DNA of 64,000 nt, taken from positions 416,001 to 480,000 of the forward strand of contig CBDCXV010000010.1 of NCBI GenBank assembly GCA_965223905.1, read 5' to 3'. Shown here piece after piece: positions 60,838 through 64,000 of the stretch. Origin of the DNA: Candidatus Latescibacterota bacterium (lineage in GTDB: Bacteria; Latescibacterota; UBA2968; UBA8231). Positions within the stretch are counted from its first letter, which is position 1; each line of letters begins with the position of its first letter. A model generated the notes under the pieces. The model did not search any database. It worked only from the letters and a program-made list of their open reading frames with translations, and was not told where the DNA came from. Position numbers and translations under genes: made by a program.

Positions 60838-61009
60838 CTTGGAAAGTAAGCCATGTTGTGTGAGCTAAGTGTGACTTACGGGGCGAAAGCTCGTGACCAT
60901 TAGTGACTTCCCGCGCGAAACGCGCTATCCTCCACTCCCGCCCGGTCCGGCGGAAACGCGGCCGGACCGATCATTCGGAGCCCAGTGAGCTCCGCCTTAC
61001 CCTGCGGCA

Positions 61010-63370
61010 GTGAGTGGAGCATTGAACGATCCAGACCCGGCCGGTCCCGGGAGCGGCGCGTCCGGGGAGCGCATCTCGCGGCTGAGCGCGGCGATCCTGC
61101 GCATCAGCGCGAGCCTCGACCTGGCCACCGTGCTCAAGGAGGTGGTCGACAGCACCCGCGCTCTCACCGGCGCCCGGACCGGTGTCATCACGACGATCGA
61201 CGGGCGGGGACGGGTCCAGGACTTCGTCACCTCCGGCCTCGCCCCGGAGGAGCGCCGGAAGATGGTGGAGTGGCCCGACGGGCCGCGGCTCTTCGCGCAC
61301 CTGCGCGACCTCCCGGCGCCGCTCCGGGTGGCGGACGTGCAGGACTACCTTCGGTCGCTCGGCCTCTCCCCGAACCCGTGGGGCTCGAAGACGATGCAGG
61401 GGACCCCGATGCACCACCGGGGCGAGCATCTCGGCAGCTTCTTCCTGGCCGACAAGGAGGACGGCGAGGCGTTCACGAGCGAGGACGAGGAGATCCTCGT
61501 CCTGCTCGCCTCGCAGGCGGCGACGGCGATCGCCAACGCGCGCACGCACCGCGAGGTCGAGCGGGCGCGGGCCGACCTCGAGGCCCTGGTCGAGACCTCG
61601 CCGGTCGGCGTCGCGGTGTTCGACGCCGCAACCGGCCATCCGGTCTCGTTCAACCGCGAGGCGCGGCGCATCGTCGAGCGCCTCCGCACCCCCGGCCACC
61701 CCCCGGAGCAGCTGCTCGAGGTGATCACGTGCCGGCACGCCGACGGGCGGGAGGTCTCGCTCGACGAGCTTCCCCTGTCCCGCCAGCTCGGGAGCGCGAC
61801 GACGATGCGCGCCGAGGAAGTCGAACTCTCCGTGCCCGACGGACGGAGCGTCCGGACGCTCTTGAACGTCACGCCGATCCGTTCGGACGACGGAGGCGCC
61901 GTGTCGGTCGTCGTCACCATGCAGGACCTGGAACCACTCGAGGAACTGGAGCGGCAGCGGGCGGAGTTCCTCGGCATGGTGAGTCATGAACTGCGCGCCC
62001 CGCTCACCTCGATCAAGGGCTCGGCCGCGACCGTGCTGGACGCCGCCACGCTCCCGTCCCAGGCCGAGATGGTGCAGTTCTTCCGCATCATCGGCGGGCA
62101 GGCCGACCACATGCGGGGCCTCATCGCGAACCTGCTGGACGCGGGGAGCATCGAGGCGGGCACGCTCACCGTGCAGCCCGAGCCCTCGGACGTGGCGGTC
62201 CTGGTGGACCGGGCCCGCAACACGTTCCTGAGCGGCGGCGGCCGCCAGGCCGTCCTCATCGACCTGCCGCCGGACCTGCCGCCGGCGATGGCCGACCGCG
62301 AGCGCATCGTGCAGGTGCTGAACAACCTGCTCTCGAACGCGGCCCGGCACGCTCCGCCCTCGTCGCCGATCCGGGTCGAGGCGGGGCGCGAGGGCGGCTC
62401 CGTCGCGATCTCGGTCTCCGACGAGGGCCGGGGGATCCCGCCCGACGAGCTTCCGCATCTCTTCGGGAAGCCCGCCCGGCCGGCCGGAGGCACCGGGCTC
62501 GGGCTCGCGATCTGCAAGGGACTCGTCGAGGCGCACGGCGGCCGCATCCGCGCCGAGAGCGGGGGCACGGGCCAGGGCGCGCGCTTCACGTTCACGATCC
62601 CCGTGGCCGGGGAGGTCGCACCGGAAGCGGCCCCGCCCCGCGGCCCGACGCGTACGCCGGGGGAGGGGCGGGAGAAGACGCGCATCCTGGTCGTGGACGA
62701 CGACCCGCAGACGCTCCGCTACGTGCGGGACGTCCTCTCCGATGTGGGATACGCCCCGCTCGTCACGGGCGATCCGGACGGGCTGGGCGGCGTGATCCGC
62801 GCCGAGAAGCCCCGCCTCGTGCTCCTCGACCTCATGCTGCCGGGCACGGACGGGATCGAGCTGATGCGGCGGGTCCCGGAGTTGTCCGACCTCCCGGTCA
62901 TCTTCATCTCCGGGTACGGCCGCGACGAGACCATCGCCAGGGCGCTCGAGAGCGGCGCGGCCGACTACATCGTCAAGCCCTTCTCGCCGACCGAGCTCGT
63001 CGCCCGGGTGCAGGCGGCGCTGCGGAACAAGGCCCAGGCCGAAACCTTCGTGCTCGGGGAACTGGCCATCGATTACGGCCTGCGGCGCGTGAGCGTGGCC
63101 GGTCGCGCGGTCCCGCTCACGACCACGGAATACGAGCTGCTGCGCGTCCTGTCGGCGGGCGGCGGACGGGTCGTCACCACGGAGGCGCTCCTCCGGCAGG
63201 TGTGGGGGCGCCGCGGCTCGGACGACACCGACCGCGTGCGCACCGCCGTCAAGAAGCTCCGGGCCAAGCTCGGCGACGACGTCGCCAACCCGACCTACAT
63301 CTTCAACGAGCACGGGATCGGCTACCGCTTCGCGAGGCCGGGCAGGGCCCATGAGGCGGTAGCCGGCTGA
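61010..63370 (+). CDS. Cytoplasmic hybrid sensor-regulator: GAF-PAS-HisKA-HATPase-REC-OmpR-type winged helix
   Basis: VSHELRAPLTSIKG, NLLSNA, DEGRGI, GTGLGL, VVDDD..LLDLMLPG..KPF, LT..EYELL...LRAKLGD...YI...G.GYRF; no TM segment. Confidence 0.92.
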   Translation: MSGALNDPDPAGPGSGASGERISRLSAAILRISASLDLATVLKEVVDSTRALTGARTGVITTIDGRGRVQDFVTSGLAPEERRKMVEWPDGPRLFAHLRDLPAPLRVADVQDYLRSLGLSPNPWGSKTMQGTPMHHRGEHLGSFFLADKEDGEAFTSEDEEILVLLASQAATAIANARTHREVERARADLEALVETSPVGVAVFDAATGHPVSFNREARRIVERLRTPGHPPEQLLEVITCRHADGREVSLDELPLSRQLGSATTMRAEEVELSVPDGRSVRTLLNVTPIRSDDGGAVSVVVTMQDLEPLEELERQRAEFLGMVSHELRAPLTSIKGSAATVLDAATLPSQAEMVQFFRIIGGQADHMRGLIANLLDAGSIEAGTLTVQPEPSDVAVLVDRARNTFLSGGGRQAVLIDLPPDLPPAMADRERIVQVLNNLLSNAARHAPPSSPIRVEAGREGGSVAISVSDEGRGIPPDELPHLFGKPARPAGGTGLGLAICKGLVEAHGGRIRAESGGTGQGARFTFTIPVAGEVAPEAAPPRGPTRTPGEGREKTRILVVDDDPQTLRYVRDVLSDVGYAPLVTGDPDGLGGVIRAEKPRLVLLDLMLPGTDGIELMRRVPELSDLPVIFISGYGRDETIARALESGAADYIVKPFSPTELVARVQAALRNKAQAETFVLGELAIDYGLRRVSVAGRAVPLTTTEYELLRVLSAGGGRVVTTEALLRQVWGRRGSDDTDRVRTAVKKLRAKLGDDVANPTYIFNEHGIGYRFARPGRAHEAVAG

Positions 63371-63420
63371 CGTTCAGGGATACCGTGCGAGCGGGAAGCG
63401 AGTGTCGAGGATCCCGGATC

Positions 63421-63706
63421 TCACTCCCGGTCCACCGCGGGAGCGCGCCGGAAGGCCCACAGACAGATCAGGAAGGCGGCGGCGGTCTCCACCAGCAGGA
63501 TGGAGATGGGGCCACCCCGGCGATCTGTCGGGTCGAGGCGGTCAGGAAGACCGCGGTCAGCAGGTCGCGGAAGGGAGCGCCGGGAGCGCGGGGTCGAAGC
63601 GGCGGGCGCGGGCTTCGGAGTAGAGGTGGAGGAGAACGGCGACTCCGCCGGTCAGGCCCAGAATCAGACCGCAGGAGATCAGTACTGCAGGCTTGCGGGA
63701 GGTCAT
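63421..63706 (-). pseudogene. Degraded membrane-protein gene
   Basis: MTSRKPAVLISCGLILGLTGGVAVLLHLY start and PISILLVETAAAFLICLWAFRR...* end lie in different frames. Confidence 0.35.
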
Positions 63707-63906
63707 GCCATCCAGCTCCACCTTACAATACAATAGAAAGGATCACCCCGGCTTCGCTTCGCCGACCTCCCGACCTTGCCCCCCGCGCTTGCCGGTGGTG
63801 ACCAAGGTGAGGAACACCTTGCAGAGGGGGGGGCGAAAGTCAAGGGGTTTATTTCAATTTTACCTTGTTACAATCAGGTGAAATTTCCAGGTGAAATCTC
63901 GTCGGG

Positions 63907-64000
63907 CGACGGATGGGGCTGACGGCCATCTACCCTCCGGCTCCCCCATCCCGGCGATCTAGCGGCCGAATCAGGTGTGGTGCGCGAACCTGCCCTACAT
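63907..64000 (+). mobile_element. IS3-family transposase remnant (runs off window end)
   Basis: RRMGLTAIYP followed shortly by RPNQVWCANLPY, matching IS3 OrfB ...RPNQVWxxDITY with the intervening part missing. Confidence 0.6.

Noticed and set aside
60971-63352. 793-aa antisense ORF (also 823-1689, 5547-6812, 25729-27525, 45216-47219, 57628-59166)
   Set aside because: Shadow frames opposite well-supported genes, expected at high GC; no motifs recognised

Overview
High-GC bacterial chromosomal window. The mix of FN3/FlgD-Ig surface proteins, spondin-domain lipoproteins, a TWGRIK-type C-terminal motif, PhyH dioxygenases and sialidases resembles sponge-associated Latescibacterota/Poribacteria-like genomes; this is inference only. 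Contents: a split TonB/ABC (FecCD-type) uptake system; an Amt transporter; a tandem pair of acidic-tail lipoproteins; two large sugar-acid/sialidase/peptidase catabolic blocks separated by a lower-GC defence island (type I R-M hsdR-hsdS-X-hsdM, an IS701-like element and broken genes); four toxin-antitoxin modules; a 200-bp MITE; and an OsmC-like gene with an in-frame UGA and SECIS-like hairpin (probable selenoprotein missed by the ORF track). The top finding is at 59.7-60.8 kb. A Cre-like tyrosine recombinase gene is bracketed by two inverted 34-bp lox-like sites sharing the 6-bp core CAATAG. It lies between a divergently transcribed FN3-repeat surface-protein gene and an all-in-one GAF-PAS-HK-REC-wHTH regulator, making it a candidate self-inverting genetic switch. 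No rRNA, tRNA or CRISPR array was recognised. All family calls come from motif recognition by eye, not database searches.
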